Made by a program: the position numbers and the translations under genes. Of a DNA stretch of 64,000 nucleotides, positions 9,824-20,949 are shown in pieces. The notes beneath the pieces are model-generated. The model worked only from the letters and a program-made list of their open reading frames with translations, was not told where the DNA came from and did not search any database. This stretch comes from Calditrichia bacterium (GTDB lineage Bacteria; Calditrichota; Calditrichia; RBG-13-44-9; J075), in assembly GCA_050633245.1 (NCBI GenBank), contig JBOEGD010000030.1, forward strand, positions 64,001 to 128,000, read 5' to 3'. Within the stretch, counting starts at the first letter, position 1. Each line of letters begins with the position of its first letter.

Positions 9824-12700
9824 ATGGCCTGGAAAACCAAGCTTGAACAACTTGTCGGTTTACTCGAAAAAGTGCCCCAGCCAAAATCCTTCGAAGCCAA
9901 GGAAGGTGTGTACGAACCCTACTTTCTCATTGAGCTGCGTTCCAGCAATTGGGAGATTGTCCCTTTTGCCAGCTATACAAGGCTCGATGGTTCTCCGGGT
10001 AGAGAAGTTCGATTGGCGCTTAGCGTAATTGATAACAGCAAAGTGAATATTAGCCAGAACGAGCTGGATGCGCTAATCTATCTCGAATCGGGAAGTTCGC
10101 CCAATTCTCGCGCGATATTCAACTACACTCAACCGGTTGGCTTTTTATTAAACTGGCTACGCGAAAGCACGCTGATGGTTAATGAGAATGGCCGCACTCC
10201 ATCAAAAATCACCCGTCATTCAGATAAGGCGAATCTTATTACCCGCTTAAAGAAAAAGCGTGGTGGATATATTCTTCAGCCTTCTCTGCTTTTCCCTGAC
10301 AATTCAATTGTTGCAATTGAAGGACCGGCCGTTATTCTGTCCTCAAACCCAATTTACTTGCTGTACAAGAACAAGCTTTACGAACTGGAATCCGCTTTAC
10401 CTGCGGTATTTTGGAACAATTATTTTCGCATTCGCGACGAATTTGCAATCCCAACGGCCGACCTTGGCGAGTTTATTCGTCTTTATCTGCCACACATCCT
10501 GCCGGTCTTTGATTGGGACAATCTGGGAGACAATATTCCGCAGGAATCGTTTCCAATGACGGAAAAGCGTATTGAGTTCAACGAGTGGAATAATAATCTG
10601 CAAATTGATGTAAAGTTTGTTTACGACAAGCATGAGTTCGCCGGATATCCAGCTTCCGATCGCAGTCTTGCGAATAAAGGACAAAATCTATTTGTCGTAC
10701 TGCGAGACAAAAAAGAAGAGGACGCCAGCCTGAAAATGCTGGAGGAGAATGGCCTTATTCTGCGCTCAGGCAGCTGGAGTATCGCTGCGGAGTATAACAC
10801 GCTCGATTGGATGAGACTCATTGTTCCAAAGCTCACTAAGGCAGGCTTCACCTTTACAAATGAAGAGGCCTTAAAACGTTATCGCGTCCATCGCCAAAAG
10901 CCCAAGCTACGCTTTAAGGTGAAATCAGGAATCGACTGGCTGGATCTATCATTCACTGTCTTTATTGGGCGCGAACAGGTCGAAATCCCCGAGCTACTTC
11001 AGCAGCTACAGGCAGAAAAAGAATATCTGCGTCTCTCCGACGGATCGCATGTGCACTTGTCCGAAGAGCAACGTGAACATCTGAGACGATTTTCCCTTTT
11101 TCTCGATCTGAAGAACGGCAACGGAGATCTAAAGCTTCCAATGGCTGGCATTGCACTTGTTAAGGAGCTGCAGGGCTTAAGCGAGATGGTAACGCTTGAC
11201 AGCAAGTCTGATAAGCTGGCAGAGAAATACCAGCAGTTTCGCGAAATAAGTAACCAACAGCCTCCTAAAGAACTTAATGCCACCCTGCGAAACTATCAGC
11301 AAGCAGGCCTGGATTGGCTGTATTTTTTATACGACTTCAACTTTGGCGGTATTTTAGCTGATGATATGGGATTGGGAAAAACTATTCAGGTCATCAGTCT
11401 TCTGCTAAAGGCAAAGGAAAATAAGACACTCAAAGGCCCCACAATGATTGTGGTTCCACTGACGCTTATTTTCAACTGGTGGGAAGAATTTAACAAATTT
11501 GCACCATCCATTAAGGTTCTGCGCTACTACGGAAGCAAAACCGAACGCAAAAAGCTAGCGGAGAAATTCAAAGATTTCGACGTCATTTTATGTAGCTATG
11601 GCGTTGTATTGCAGGATCAAAAACAGCTTTCTAATGAGACATTCAACCTTCTGGTATTGGATGAATCACAGAAAATCAAGAATCCGCAAACAAAAACCTA
11701 CAAAGCGATTGAGAAGCTGCAAACGCGACACAAGCTCGCCCTTACCGGAACACCGGTTGAGAACTCTCTGGTCGATCTGTGGGCTCAGATGAATTTCACG
11801 AATCCAGGCCTTCTCGGAACGCTAAAGCAGTTTCAGCGACGCTACATCGATATTGCAGATGAGGAGCGCGAAGAACAAATTGAAGCGCTTCGTAAGATAG
11901 TCTATCCCTTTATTTTGCGTCGTACGAAAGAAGAAGTCGAGAAAGAACTACCGCCGCTAACCGAGATCGTTCAATATATCGACATGACAGATTTGCAGCG
12001 CAAAACCTACAATCGCTGGCTCTCTCATTATCGCAATGAGATTTTCGAAAGCTTGGAGGAGGTTGGAATAAACCAAACCCGCATGAAAGTAGTTGAGGCG
12101 CTTACTTATCTTCGTCAGGTTGCATGTCATCCTGCGATCCTCAATGAAGAAGCAGATCTACAGGATTCCGGCAAGGTTGAGCTTCTGGAAGATATGCTGC
12201 GGCATCTTGCCCATAAAGGGCACAAGGTGTTGATTTTTTCTCAGTTTGTTCGATTCCTGGCACTTATTCGCAAGGTTATGGAAAATAACGACTGGAAATA
12301 TGAATATTTGGATGGAAAGACTCACAATAGAGCCAAACGCATTCACAACTTTCAAGAGAACGAGGATGTGACGGCATTCCTGATCTCGCTAAAAGCCGGT
12401 GGCCTCGGATTGAATCTAACCGCCGCGGACTACGTTATTCATCTGGATCCCTGGTGGAATCCGGCTGTTGAACAACAGGCAACCGATCGCGCACATCGCA
12501 TTGGACAAAAAAAGCGAGTATTTGCTTACAAATACATCGTAAAAGATAGCGTGGAAGAAAAGATTCTGCTGCTACAGAATCGCAAGAAACAGATCTCAGA
12601 AGAGTTGATCACCTCAGACAATGGTTTTGTAAAAACGCTCTCTCCGGATGATTTGGAAATGCTTTTTTCGATCGATAAAAGCGGGAAGTTAAAAGGATAA
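9824..12700 (+). CDS. SNF2-family helicase/ATPase
   Basis: LADDMGLGKT, DESQKIKN, LTGTPVEN, LRRTK, SLKAGGLGLNLT, QATDRAHRIGQ; start may be 9815 (TTG). Confidence 0.93.
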   Translation: MAWKTKLEQLVGLLEKVPQPKSFEAKEGVYEPYFLIELRSSNWEIVPFASYTRLDGSPGREVRLALSVIDNSKVNISQNELDALIYLESGSSPNSRAIFNYTQPVGFLLNWLRESTLMVNENGRTPSKITRHSDKANLITRLKKKRGGYILQPSLLFPDNSIVAIEGPAVILSSNPIYLLYKNKLYELESALPAVFWNNYFRIRDEFAIPTADLGEFIRLYLPHILPVFDWDNLGDNIPQESFPMTEKRIEFNEWNNNLQIDVKFVYDKHEFAGYPASDRSLANKGQNLFVVLRDKKEEDASLKMLEENGLILRSGSWSIAAEYNTLDWMRLIVPKLTKAGFTFTNEEALKRYRVHRQKPKLRFKVKSGIDWLDLSFTVFIGREQVEIPELLQQLQAEKEYLRLSDGSHVHLSEEQREHLRRFSLFLDLKNGNGDLKLPMAGIALVKELQGLSEMVTLDSKSDKLAEKYQQFREISNQQPPKELNATLRNYQQAGLDWLYFLYDFNFGGILADDMGLGKTIQVISLLLKAKENKTLKGPTMIVVPLTLIFNWWEEFNKFAPSIKVLRYYGSKTERKKLAEKFKDFDVILCSYGVVLQDQKQLSNETFNLLVLDESQKIKNPQTKTYKAIEKLQTRHKLALTGTPVENSLVDLWAQMNFTNPGLLGTLKQFQRRYIDIADEEREEQIEALRKIVYPFILRRTKEEVEKELPPLTEIVQYIDMTDLQRKTYNRWLSHYRNEIFESLEEVGINQTRMKVVEALTYLRQVACHPAILNEEADLQDSGKVELLEDMLRHLAHKGHKVLIFSQFVRFLALIRKVMENNDWKYEYLDGKTHNRAKRIHNFQENEDVTAFLISLKAGGLGLNLTAADYVIHLDPWWNPAVEQQATDRAHRIGQKKRVFAYKYIVKDSVEEKILLLQNRKKQISEELITSDNGFVKTLSPDDLEMLFSIDKSGKLKG

Positions 12701-12760
12701 ACAGTTCTCGCTGCCGCCGTTCATTAGTACAACATTTGAGGTATTAGAAGAGAGTACCGT

Positions 12761-12810
12761 TAGCAGTTAGCACCGAGTTGGCTTTAAGACCAACCAGGTG
12801 GTAACTGCTA
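12761..12810. repeat. Long imperfect hairpin between convergent genes (REP-like or terminator)
   Basis: tagcagttagcacc...ggtggtaactgcta with inner gttgg/ccaac stem. Confidence 0.6.
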
Positions 12811-12846
12811 TAGAAAGGGGCAAGGGGTTATGAAAGCGATTTCAAA

Positions 12847-13863
12847 TTAAAACGCAAACTGCGTATTTAGTACAATGAGGTGATTATCAAAGGAGCTCGC
12901 ATCAGCGTTGATTATATAGTTAATCCTCAGTTTTGTAATTGAAGTTGGCCAATAGTTATATCCGAATAAGAATAAACGATTCGCATCAACAGTTTCATCG
13001 AGATCAATTTGATCCCAACGAACCAAAAGCTGATGATCTGGTTTTACCTTATATCCTGCCGTTGCTTGAAATCCCTGAGGATTAGACTCGTCGATGGTAT
13101 TGCTTCTACTGTCAAGCGAAGCATAGATATATTCTCCGGTCAAGAGTAACGCATTTTGCTCAAAATAAATATCTGCACCCAGAATATTTCGCTTTCCGCT
13201 AAATCGTCTGCTGGCGTATACCACATTGTTATCGTTACTGGTTGCACCATTCACGCCCAGCTCAAGGGATCCACCTGCTATCTCGGGCATTACAGCCGCT
13301 CTTGCCATCACCATTAGGTCGTTATTATCATTTCTATTCCCACCGTACCCATTACCATTATAAACTCCGGCACTGACCTTAAAGATATCGTTATGCACGT
13401 CCAAGTGCATTCCGATTTGCCTTCCGGGAATTAACTGAGAAGCAATTTGAGAACGAGTTGTGAAATTCAAAGCGGGAATCCCGATAGAAAATTCTTTGCT
13501 GAAGAAGGTTCTATACAAACCGGCATTCAAGCGTACATTTGAATTTAACTTCCAATATAAACTCGCATCTAAAACGGCGACCGAGCTTAAGAAGTTGGTA
13601 TTTAATAAGTATCCGAGTTTCTTGTCGAGCTCACCGGTTACAACGATACGAGCCATTGGGATTCTGAAGCCATTGTTCCCGGCTGCAATGCGCTCAGATT
13701 GAAAATCCAGAGAAGTCTGCAAGAGCACACCGAGACTTAAGTATGGCTTTTTAAATGTCTCTATTAGTTTCTCTGCCAACGGCTCATCGTCAGGAGAAGC
13801 TTGTATGGGGGTGAATAAGAAGAACAAAAAGACCGTCATCCAAATTCGTAGTGTAGTTTTCAT
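12847..13863 (-). CDS. Outer-membrane porin (phosphate-selective porin O/P-like)
   Basis: Signal peptide, GFRIPMAR, GRQIG, AGVYNGNG, C-terminal QFAF beta-signal. Confidence 0.75.
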   Translation of the reverse strand: MKTTLRIWMTVFLFFLFTPIQASPDDEPLAEKLIETFKKPYLSLGVLLQTSLDFQSERIAAGNNGFRIPMARIVVTGELDKKLGYLLNTNFLSSVAVLDASLYWKLNSNVRLNAGLYRTFFSKEFSIGIPALNFTTRSQIASQLIPGRQIGMHLDVHNDIFKVSAGVYNGNGYGGNRNDNNDLMVMARAAVMPEIAGGSLELGVNGATSNDNNVVYASRRFSGKRNILGADIYFEQNALLLTGEYIYASLDSRSNTIDESNPQGFQATAGYKVKPDHQLLVRWDQIDLDETVDANRLFLFGYNYWPTSITKLRINYIINADASSFDNHLIVLNTQFAF

Positions 13864-13980
13864 TTTGGAGCCCTATAATTTGGGGTGAATAAGTTCCATC
13901 TTAGCCATTAACCTCTCCCTACCGCAAATTAGTATTCATCAAATCAATACAATGGCAATCGTGAAGAGTCCTATGACCGG

Positions 13981-14424
13981 TTATTTGTTTTTTTTAAATA
14001 ACCGGCCATAGACAGGCTTACGATAGAGAAACTGTAGATACAAAGCCGGGTAAAGCAAAATACTCACAAAGGGAAATTTACCGCGGAAGGTGATATCGTC
14101 AATAATCGTGCTGCCACTTCCCTTGCGAACAATTCGATGTTGATGACGCCAGTAGGAAAGAAAAAACGGCAGTGTACGTCCTTCATCGATAAAGTATATT
14201 TCGTCATCTGAGTTGCCGGAATCCACGATCTCACTGACCCACAGCTGTGGAAAGCCGGGAAATTTCAGCTTTAGATGTACTTCATCTCCCTTTATACAAC
14301 CATCGAAGCGCAGCAGCTCAACAGGTATTCCGGGAGGGTTGAGAGCAAGAAAAAGCTCTTCGGTAAATCCGGAGAAAACTTCGCTTACAGACTGCTCTAC
14401 GGTTGTTGTTATTCTGATTCGCAT
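13981..14424 (-). CDS. SRPBCC-fold protein
   Basis: WVSEI..FIDEG..LPFFLSYWRHQHRI..TIIDDITF pattern; start moved to internal ATG 14424. Confidence 0.75.
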   Translation of the reverse strand: MRIRITTTVEQSVSEVFSGFTEELFLALNPPGIPVELLRFDGCIKGDEVHLKLKFPGFPQLWVSEIVDSGNSDDEIYFIDEGRTLPFFLSYWRHQHRIVRKGSGSTIIDDITFRGKFPFVSILLYPALYLQFLYRKPVYGRLFKKNK

Positions 14425-14647
14425 TCTAAGCCGGGTATAGTAAGATAAAAAAACACGGATTCGCGGGATGGCACGCTCAGGCCGACAAAGCAAAAAGAGT
14501 GGCAGAATTTTCGAAATGCTTGAAAAGTCTCTTTCCAGCCTTGCCATTCAGTAACGTTTTACCTATGAATCCGTGTTTAAGACTATCCTTTAGACACTCA
14601 TACGATGTTTCATATCAGTGATCAATCTTCATATTCTTGTGGTAAGG

Positions 14648-15316
14648 CTAAACCGCCTCAACAAAGTTCAGTAAATGTCCTGACTTTTTTGCTTTTGTCT
14701 GTAAATATCCGCGATTAATGTCATTTGGTTCAATCTGCAGTGGAATGCGTTTACTGACATCAATACCAAATTCTTCCAATCCACGAATCTTATTGACGTT
14801 ATTTGTCAGAAGCTGTACAGAGTTTACGCCTAATGTTTTCAACATCTCGGCAGCAACATCATAGCGACGCAAATCATCTGGAAATCCCAAAAGATGGTTT
14901 GCCTCAACCGTATCATATCCTTCTTCTTGAAGAGCATAGGCACGAATCTTATTTCCAAGACCAATACCGCGACCTTCCTGTCGCATGTAAAGCACGATTC
15001 CACAATCACTATGATTGATATAGTTTAAACCTGCTTCGAGCTGTTCACGACAATCACACTTCAATGATCCGAGCACTTCACTCGTTAAGCACTCAGAATG
15101 AACACGAACCGGAACATTCTCACCATTGCTTATATCACCCTTCACAATCGCCAAGTGTTCCTTGTGGTCCAGCGTATTGCGAAAAACATAGACATCAAAA
15201 GCACCATGGGTTGTTGGCAGCTTTGTCTGGGCATAAATCCAGACGTTTTTCAAATTCTCTTTAATCACAGCGTACTCCGATCTGGCATGAGTCAAACAAC
15301 CAAAGTCCTCATGCAT
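14648..15316 (-). CDS. ribA: GTP cyclohydrolase II
   Basis: VRVHSECLTSEVLGSLKCDC, QEGRGIGLGNKIRAY, YLQTK..GHLL. Confidence 0.95.
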   Translation of the reverse strand: MHEDFGCLTHARSEYAVIKENLKNVWIYAQTKLPTTHGAFDVYVFRNTLDHKEHLAIVKGDISNGENVPVRVHSECLTSEVLGSLKCDCREQLEAGLNYINHSDCGIVLYMRQEGRGIGLGNKIRAYALQEEGYDTVEANHLLGFPDDLRRYDVAAEMLKTLGVNSVQLLTNNVNKIRGLEEFGIDVSKRIPLQIEPNDINRGYLQTKAKKSGHLLNFVEAV

Positions 15317-15456
15317 GAGTTAAATTTATATTTTGAGCCCTGCACAAGAATGTGCGCGAGGCGCTTGTATGTGTAATGTCAATATTTTCATCTTCGACGT
15401 TTGCCCATCCTCTATTAGTTTAGATGGATTTTTTAGCTAAAAGTTACCATGAATCG

Positions 15457-15619
15457 TACATACCAAAGGCCGACGGTGGAGTGTCGACCTCTGGCTTAAG
15501 CATTGGGGGAACAGGTTGGATATGTTGGAAGGCTTTATTAAGGAACAAGTTCCTTTGTTTAGATTATTTGGGTCAATTTTTATTTTTGTTATCCACATGA
15601 GCGTTTTGAACGTTTTCTT
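15457..15619 (-). ncRNA. Candidate ncRNA or long ribA leader
   Basis: Promoter TTGACA-17-TATTAT just upstream; 12-bp hairpin 15463-15494 that pairs through G-U only on the minus strand; 23-nt near-complement of the 6.3-kb sRNA at 15551-15573. Confidence 0.4.
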
Positions 15620-15625
15620 GTTTAT

Positions 15626-15654
15626 ATAATAACAATACATCGCCTACTTGTCAA
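15626..15654 (-). promoter_or_regulatory. Near-consensus sigma70 promoter
   Basis: TTGACA-agtaggcgatgtattgt-TATTAT with extended -10 TG. Confidence 0.7.
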
Positions 15655-15665
15655 GGGGAAAAATG

Positions 15666-15706
15666 AAAAAATCGCCCAAAACGCTCGATGCGTTTTTGGG
15701 CGATTT
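15666..15706 (-). terminator. gcvP terminator
   Basis: aaatcgcccaaaacgc/gcgtttttgggcgattt hairpin plus minus-strand U-run just after the gcvP stop. Confidence 0.75.
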
Positions 15707-15730
15707 CAATTCAAAAATTAGGAGTGATTG

Positions 15731-18637
15731 TTATTCTACTTCAGAATATTCCTCAAGTGGAGGGCAGGCGCAAACCAAATTTCGATCTCCAAAGGCATTG
15801 TCAATTCGACCAACAGTTGGCCAAAATTTTCTCAGGCGCACAAACGGTAGCGGATAGACCGCCTGCTCACGAGAATAAGCGTGTTCCCAATCCGATGACA
15901 GAGCCTCTGTAGCGGTATGAGGCGAATTCTTCAGCACATTGTCTTCCGCATCGGCAACGCCAAGCTTAACATCCTGTATTTCGCGATAAATAGATAACAT
16001 TGCTTCACAAAAGCGATCGAGCTCGGCTTTGGATTCACTTTCAGTTGGTTCAATCATCATCGTTCCGATAACCGGCCACGACATGGTCGGTGCATGAAAA
16101 CCGTAATCCATCAAACGCTTCGCAATATCCTCTGCGTCCACTCCCGCTTCACCTTTGAACACACGCGTATCAATAATCAGTTCATGAGCAACAAAACCAT
16201 TACTTCCGGTATAGAGCGCCTTATAGTAGCCTTCAAGACAAGCCTTGATATAATTTGCATTCAATATTGCATATCGCGTCGACTCGGTAATTCCCCGCAG
16301 CCCTAACATTTTTATGTAGGCATAGGAAATTAACAGAATCGAAGCGCTACCCCAGGGCGCGGCCGAAATCGCCGAAATCGCCTTGGAACCACCAGTCTCA
16401 ACCTCTACATGTCCGGGCAGGTACGGAGCAAGATGCTTAGCTACACAAATTGGTCCCATTCCGGGTCCACCACCACCATGCGGAATGCTAAACGTTTTGT
16501 GTAAGTTCAAGTGACACACATCTGCGCCAATTAATCCGGGATTGGTTAACCCAACCTGTGCATTCATATTTGCGCCATCCATGTATACCTGACCACCAAA
16601 CTCATGAACAATTGAGCAGGCTTCCTGAACTGTTTCCTCAAATACACCGTGAGTAGATGGATAGGTAATCATTAATGCAGAGAGCGCGTCTGCGTGCTTC
16701 TCCGCTTTTTCGCGAAGATCCTGCAAATCGATATTTCCATTGTCTTCGCAGCGAATAACAACAACCTTCATTCCCGCCATAATTGCGCTGGCAGGATTGG
16801 TACCATGTGCAGATGATGGAATCAGAGCCACATTGCGATGGTGATCGCCGTGGTTTTGGTGATAAGCACGAATCACCATCATGCCGGCGTATTCTCCCTG
16901 AGCACCGGAGTTTGGTTGAAGAGATACCGCATCAAAACCTGTTATCTGGCATAACATGCGTTCTAACTCAGTAAAGATTTCGCTGTATCCGGCAGCTTGC
17001 TCCTTTGGAACAAACGGATGAAGCTTGCCAAACTCTGGCCACGTTACCGGTATGAGTTCGGCGGCAGCATTTAATTTCATTGTGCAGGAGCCAAGTGGAA
17101 TCATAGAGTTTGTAAGCGAAAGGTCTTTTTCTTCCAGAGACTTTATATAACGCATCATGTCGGTTTCACTACGATGCTTATGAAAAACCGGGTGCTCCAT
17201 AAATGGCGTATTTCTTTTCAGCGAAGAGCTGAATCTTAAATCGTCATCGTTGAATGAATCCAGATTTACGGCAGAAGCAGAGGCGCCGGTTAACGTTGAA
17301 AAGACAGCAAGAATCGCGTCCACATCGGCAAGGTCGGTTGTCTCGTTTACAGAAATACCGACGTGCCTGCCATCGATATAGCGAAAGTTAATTCCGGAAG
17401 CCAGCGCCGCTTTTTGCAGATCATCTGCGGAATGATCCCCGAGAGCAATTTTGATCGTATCAAAATATGTTTTGTTCAACTGCTCGAAACCGAGGTCAGT
17501 CAGTTCAGTACTTAGAATTTTAGCCTGAGCATGAACGCGTTCAGCGATTTCCTTCAACCCCTCTGGCCCATGATAAACGGCATAGAAGCCAGCCATGTTT
17601 GCCAGTAATACCTGGGCAGTACAAATATTTGACGTTGCCTTTTCACGGCGAATATGCTGCTCACGTGTTTGCAGTGCCATACGATACGCCTTATTGCCAT
17701 GCCGATCTACCGAGACCCCTATCAAACGACCTGGCAGCTGTCGTTTGTAGGCTTCCTTGGTTGCCAGGAAGGCAGAGTGTGGCCCGCCATACCCCATTGG
17801 AACGCCAAAGCGCTGAGCTGAACCAACTACGGCATCTGCGCCCATGCTGCCGGGAGATTTTAATAAGACCAAGCTGAGCAAGTCTGCAGAAACAGTAACT
17901 AAAACATCTTTTTCATGTGCGGTGGCAATGAGATCAGAATAATCGTGCACGTTGCCATCGAGATCAGGGTATTGTAAGAGTGCACCAAACACATCATCGC
18001 TAAAGTTGAATTCTGAAGGTAGTTGTATTCGCAGCTCAATATCCATGGGAACAGAACGGGTCTTTAGAATATCAATCGTTTGCGGCAAGCAAGTACTGGA
18101 AACCAGAAAAACATTAGCATTCTGCTTGCGCTTTGCGGCTGAGCGCGCGCGATACAGCAAGACCATTGCTTCTGCCGCTGCCGTTCCTTCATCGAGCAGC
18201 GAAGCGTTAGAAATTTCCATTCCGGTAAGATCCGCAACCGCTGTTTGATAATTAATCAGTGCTTCAAGCCGTCCTTGAGAGATCTCTGCCTGATACGGCG
18301 TATAAGACGTATACCAACTGGGATTTTCCAACACGTTCCGCAAAATTACGTTCGGGACAATACAATCGTGATAGCCCATACCGATGTACGATTTATAGAT
18401 AGAGTTTTTTGCTGCCGTTGCTTTTAGCTCGGTAAGAAAATGATGTTCACTCTGAGCAGGATCTATCGCCAGTTCTTTTTTTAAGCGGATTGATTGCGGA
18501 ACAGTCTTATCGATAAGTTCATCTAAAGACGCTACCCCAACTTTTTGAAGCATTGCGGAGACATCGTTCGAGCTGGTATTCAGATGTCTGGACTCGAAAG
18601 ACTCGAACTGTCTGATATTCTTTTTAAGCTTGCTCAT
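15731..18637 (-). CDS. gcvP: Glycine dehydrogenase (decarboxylating), P protein
   Basis: [50 protein letters not shown]. Confidence 0.98.
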   Translation of the reverse strand: MSKLKKNIRQFESFESRHLNTSSNDVSAMLQKVGVASLDELIDKTVPQSIRLKKELAIDPAQSEHHFLTELKATAAKNSIYKSYIGMGYHDCIVPNVILRNVLENPSWYTSYTPYQAEISQGRLEALINYQTAVADLTGMEISNASLLDEGTAAAEAMVLLYRARSAAKRKQNANVFLVSSTCLPQTIDILKTRSVPMDIELRIQLPSEFNFSDDVFGALLQYPDLDGNVHDYSDLIATAHEKDVLVTVSADLLSLVLLKSPGSMGADAVVGSAQRFGVPMGYGGPHSAFLATKEAYKRQLPGRLIGVSVDRHGNKAYRMALQTREQHIRREKATSNICTAQVLLANMAGFYAVYHGPEGLKEIAERVHAQAKILSTELTDLGFEQLNKTYFDTIKIALGDHSADDLQKAALASGINFRYIDGRHVGISVNETTDLADVDAILAVFSTLTGASASAVNLDSFNDDDLRFSSSLKRNTPFMEHPVFHKHRSETDMMRYIKSLEEKDLSLTNSMIPLGSCTMKLNAAAELIPVTWPEFGKLHPFVPKEQAAGYSEIFTELERMLCQITGFDAVSLQPNSGAQGEYAGMMVIRAYHQNHGDHHRNVALIPSSAHGTNPASAIMAGMKVVVIRCEDNGNIDLQDLREKAEKHADALSALMITYPSTHGVFEETVQEACSIVHEFGGQVYMDGANMNAQVGLTNPGLIGADVCHLNLHKTFSIPHGGGGPGMGPICVAKHLAPYLPGHVEVETGGSKAISAISAAPWGSASILLISYAYIKMLGLRGITESTRYAILNANYIKACLEGYYKALYTGSNGFVAHELIIDTRVFKGEAGVDAEDIAKRLMDYGFHAPTMSWPVIGTMMIEPTESESKAELDRFCEAMLSIYREIQDVKLGVADAEDNVLKNSPHTATEALSSDWEHAYSREQAVYPLPFVRLRKFWPTVGRIDNAFGDRNLVCACPPLEEYSEVE

Positions 18638-18995
18638 GGCACTCTCATATGTTGGTTATTTTATAGTAATTCTTTTCAAGTCACCCTATACCCGCGCCTG
18701 AGCGCGCCTAATCTTTCCCAAAATGCAATCGAAATTAAATCATTTTTAAATGACTTGCTACTGTTTTTTAAGACATTGAATGTAATTGGACGAACGAATG
18801 CCTTGCTGGAAGTTCACGCATTCTTTTTGGGAGAGAACAAAAACATTGTCATGATAAAAGTGTTAATACAATATTAGATCTACGTCTTTAACAAACGGAG
18901 AAAGTTTTTTGCAGAATCTTAAAGGTGGAGGTTTTTAAGAAAAAATTCAAAATTCTTTACTGATTAACAGAATATAGAGTACCCGTCTAGCTCAC

Positions 18996-19028
18996 AAGAT
19001 TGGAGCATTGTCAGAATGCTCCAATCTT
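18996..19028. repeat. GGAGCA-family palindrome or terminator
   Basis: aagattggagcatt-gtcag-aatgctccaatctt. Confidence 0.7.
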
Positions 19029-19035
19029 AGAAAAA

Positions 19036-20760
19036 TCAGCGAACGAGCAGCATCTTTTTTACCTCGATATTCCCATCAAACTGCATTCGGTAAAGATAGA
19101 CTCCGCTTGCGAGATTCGCAGCGTCAAAGGACAGCTGATACTGTCCGGCTGCGCGGGATTCGTTTAATAATATCGCTACGGTTCGACCAAGCGGGTCGAC
19201 AACATCAATGTAAATCGATCCCGATTGCCGGGTAGCAAACTCGATAGTCGTAGCCGGGTTAAACGGATTCGGATAGTTTTGCTTTAGTTCGAAGGATTTG
19301 GCAACAGCTGAAGTTGTAGGCTCAAGTCCTGTTAACACCGGAGACATTGAGCGAAAGACGCCACTACCATTGGTTCCGGCATAAACATGGCCAGCATTAT
19401 CAACCACAAAGGACCAGACGCCCGCATTTGTCAGACCGTCGTTAAAGGGCACCCAATTAGCACCTGCATCATCAGAGCGGAAAATGCCAGCCCCGTGGCT
19501 GGCAGCCAACATGTATGGTCCGGCTTCAAGAATATCCATTACGTGCGTATTGGGAAGAGCAATTTGCGACCAGCTAACTCCGGAATAGCGATAGATACCA
19601 TCAAACCAGGCACCCGCTAAAAAGCCGCCAGCGACATCAGGCTCTAACGTGCGCACATCAATTCCAGAGAGTCCAATAAGATCCCAGGAATCTCCACGAC
19701 TACTGCTGCTGTAAAGGCCTTCACCTGCCGTTCCGGCAAAAACATCACCAGATTGATCAACCGCAATCTTGTAAACAATGGTGCTCAATAAACTCGGGTC
19801 AGATTTATTCTCCCAATTTAGACCACTGTCTTCCGAACGAAAAACACCACTCAATACAGTTCCGGCATAAACTTCACCCGCAGGCGCTTCAGCCATAGTT
19901 AGAACAACTGAACTGCCCAAGCCATTATTTGCCTGTGTCCAATTCAACCCATTATCGTTACTTCGAAAAATGCCATCACCATTTGTAGCGGCGAACAGGT
20001 TACCAGACTGCGTGGCTATCAGATCTAAAACGTCGAGATTCGATAGGCCGGTATTTCGTTGGGTCCACTCGGACATGCCATTCTCGGAGAAGAATACGCC
20101 ACCGGTATCACTTGCAACAAAAACGCCATTAGACGTACTGACCATCGCATTCACAATAATATTATTCAGATCGGTGTGAATCCAGTCTACCCGCTCAATG
20201 TTACTGCCACCAGCTTCCAGAATCCACAGTCCACGCTCTGTATCCAGCGCAATTAAAACTCCATCGACAAATGCAATATCTGTCAGGAGCCTATTGTTTA
20301 AAGGAATATTTATCTCAGTCCAGGCACGCCGGTTTTTATAAATCACTACGATACGTTGATCATTGGTAAGGGCATAAAAGGCTTCATCTGAGACGGTAAT
20401 TGCAAGAGGTCTTTGAGAGGCCTCATAAGCAGGCACACGAAAGGAAGGTGATTTTGCATTCTCCTGCAGCTGTTTGTTAAATCGTGTTAGAAGAGTTGCT
20501 TCAATATTTTCAACCGTTCCATCGATGCGCACCCAGTTGAGTCCACGATCGGCGGATTGCCAAAAGCGTTGTCGACTTTCATGTGTGGCAGTAAGCAGGC
20601 GACCGTTATCGGATCCGGTGATTGAAACAGCTTCAGAAGGAAGCGCGCTCCCGGATTGTTGCCAGCTGGCAATCTGCGAATGGCCTGGTGTGATAAGGAA
20701 GAATAATAGCAGGCAAACGATTAAGCTGCCTGGGGCTATATGAAGAAATATGTTTTTCAT
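19036..20760 (-). CDS. Secreted BNR/Asp-box beta-propeller protein with T9SS-type C-terminal sorting domain
   Basis: Signal peptide; repeated G.FRS.D.G.NW; C-terminal QNYPNPFNP...ASGVYLYRM...KMLLVR. Confidence 0.85.
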   Translation of the reverse strand: MKNIFLHIAPGSLIVCLLLFFLITPGHSQIASWQQSGSALPSEAVSITGSDNGRLLTATHESRQRFWQSADRGLNWVRIDGTVENIEATLLTRFNKQLQENAKSPSFRVPAYEASQRPLAITVSDEAFYALTNDQRIVVIYKNRRAWTEINIPLNNRLLTDIAFVDGVLIALDTERGLWILEAGGSNIERVDWIHTDLNNIIVNAMVSTSNGVFVASDTGGVFFSENGMSEWTQRNTGLSNLDVLDLIATQSGNLFAATNGDGIFRSNDNGLNWTQANNGLGSSVVLTMAEAPAGEVYAGTVLSGVFRSEDSGLNWENKSDPSLLSTIVYKIAVDQSGDVFAGTAGEGLYSSSSRGDSWDLIGLSGIDVRTLEPDVAGGFLAGAWFDGIYRYSGVSWSQIALPNTHVMDILEAGPYMLAASHGAGIFRSDDAGANWVPFNDGLTNAGVWSFVVDNAGHVYAGTNGSGVFRSMSPVLTGLEPTTSAVAKSFELKQNYPNPFNPATTIEFATRQSGSIYIDVVDPLGRTVAILLNESRAAGQYQLSFDAANLASGVYLYRMQFDGNIEVKKMLLVR

Positions 20761-20949
20761 GGCGTCAGTTGGGTTTAGTGAAACTTCGATGATTTTGTTT
20801 ATTCACTTATATCGGCAGAATTTAATTCTACTTTTCCCGACAAATCGCCTGTTCCCGTAAAAAGATAAGGTACATCTTTGCTTTTTCAAAACGTGAAAGG
20901 CTTTTGCCTAAAATTCGATAAGACCCCTAAGAGTTCTCAAGTAATCTAC

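Noticed and set aside
9824-12700. SNF2 helicase as part of a defence system
   Set aside because: Stand-alone between a MATE pump and a porin, with no methylase, nuclease or other defence partner
15320-15620. FMN riboswitch upstream of ribA
   Set aside because: Conserved RFN blocks (AGGGC-GGGTG-AA-TCCC-ACCG, GCCGAC-GT-A-AGTC-GGATG) are not present on the minus strand
15437-15640. 67-aa minus-strand ORF
   Set aside because: Its start lies inside the promoter spacer, the internal ATG has no RBS, and the composition is not protein-like; treated as non-coding
18638-18995. Glycine riboswitch upstream of gcvP
   Set aside because: No GGAGA..GAAGG..CTCAGG aptamer pattern visible
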